From: an uncultured Planctomycetota bacterium
GTDB lineage: Bacteria > Planctomycetota > Planctomycetia > Isosphaerales > Isosphaeraceae
Reading direction: 5' to 3'
NCBI GenBank assembly: GCA_963823665.1
Contig: CAWGMQ010000007.1
Coordinates: 96,001 to 160,000, forward strand
DNA length: 64,000 nucleotides
Part shown: positions 63,539 to 64,000 of the stretch, one piece after another
Numbering within the stretch: the stretch's first letter is position 1
How the letters are laid out: each line of letters opens with the position of its first letter
Program-made: the position numbers and the translations under genes
The notes under the pieces: model-generated
Databases searched by the model: none
Told to the model about the DNA's origin: nothing
The model's input: the letters and a program-made list of their open reading frames with translations, nothing else

Positions 63539-64000
63539 TTATTCCTGACGTGGGGCGGGAACTGCGGCACCTTTGGTCACCTCTCGTTTGGTGAGAACGG
63601 CCAGGGCGTCGGTGCCCCCGTTGATGAAGCGGCCGAGCGAATCCTGCAGGCCTGAGGGAAGCTCGGCATACACCCTGAGCTGGACGGGCTTCGAGAGTGC
63701 GAATGGTTTCTTGGGGATGAGCGTGGTCCTGTCAAGGAGTGGGCTGTACGCCGCCGATTTCAGCTTGATGGTCCCGGCATTCCTGGCAGTGAACGAGCCG
63801 CGCTTGCCGGGCGTGGCCAGGTGGAAGGGGGCCGTGGTCGCGGCTTCGGCGGCATTCACGGCGCCACTGAAGGTGACGACGATCTGGGTCACGAGGTGCT
63901 TGCGGTTTTCAAAAAGCTGGATCTGGGCGATCACGACCGGCGGCGGGAGCACGAGCGAAATCGAGGTCTGTGCTGCGGACGGGGTTGTCTGGACAAGGCC
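63539..64000 (-). CDS. C-terminal part of a large extracellular protein (5' partial)
   Basis: Frame is open to the window end; 'VTQIVVTFSGAVNAAEA...KKPFALSKPVQL...LQDSLGR' is an Ig-like terminal domain. Confidence 0.65.
   Translation of the reverse strand, partial: GLVQTTPSAAQTSISLVLPPPVVIAQIQLFENRKHLVTQIVVTFSGAVNAAEAATTAPFHLATPGKRGSFTARNAGTIKLKSAAYSPLLDRTTLIPKKPFALSKPVQLRVYAELPSGLQDSLGRFINGGTDALAVLTKREVTKGAAVPAPRQE

Overview
GC-rich bacterial chromosome segment whose gene content points to Planctomycetota, probably Isosphaeraceae-like (PSCyt/DUF1549-DUF1553 plus DUF1501 pair, Zn-ribbon Ser/Thr kinase-WD40, C-terminally extended ECF sigma factors, H4MPT-linked C1 genes). This taxonomic call is an inference. 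About 1-45.5 kb is mostly core or metabolic genes: fae, mtd, orf9-like and ATP-grasp C1 genes, glycosyltransferases, M28 peptidase, two sigma factors, a Rieske oxygenase, a GspE/PilB ATPase, flgM and MlaE/MlaD. More than a dozen genes are broken by single indels, which looks like long-read consensus error rather than true decay. 45.5-48.6 kb is a roughly 3 kb gene-free stretch built from several repeat families. 48.6-61.3 kb is a mosaic accessory, defence-like island: an LRR gene, a pentapeptide-TIR gene, a tight three-gene operon ending in a HEPN gene, a stand-alone trypsin-like protease behind a copied LRR promoter/leader, the 5' half of a group II intron sitting in a palindromic repeat, a decayed RelE/ParE pair, an intact VapBC pair and gene fragments. 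The best candidates for an undescribed system are the three-gene HEPN operon (51835-53568) with its TIR and protease neighbours, and a second atypical HEPN-like pair at 1258-2234. No tRNA, rRNA or CRISPR array was recognised. All family assignments come from motif recognition by eye; no database search was run.
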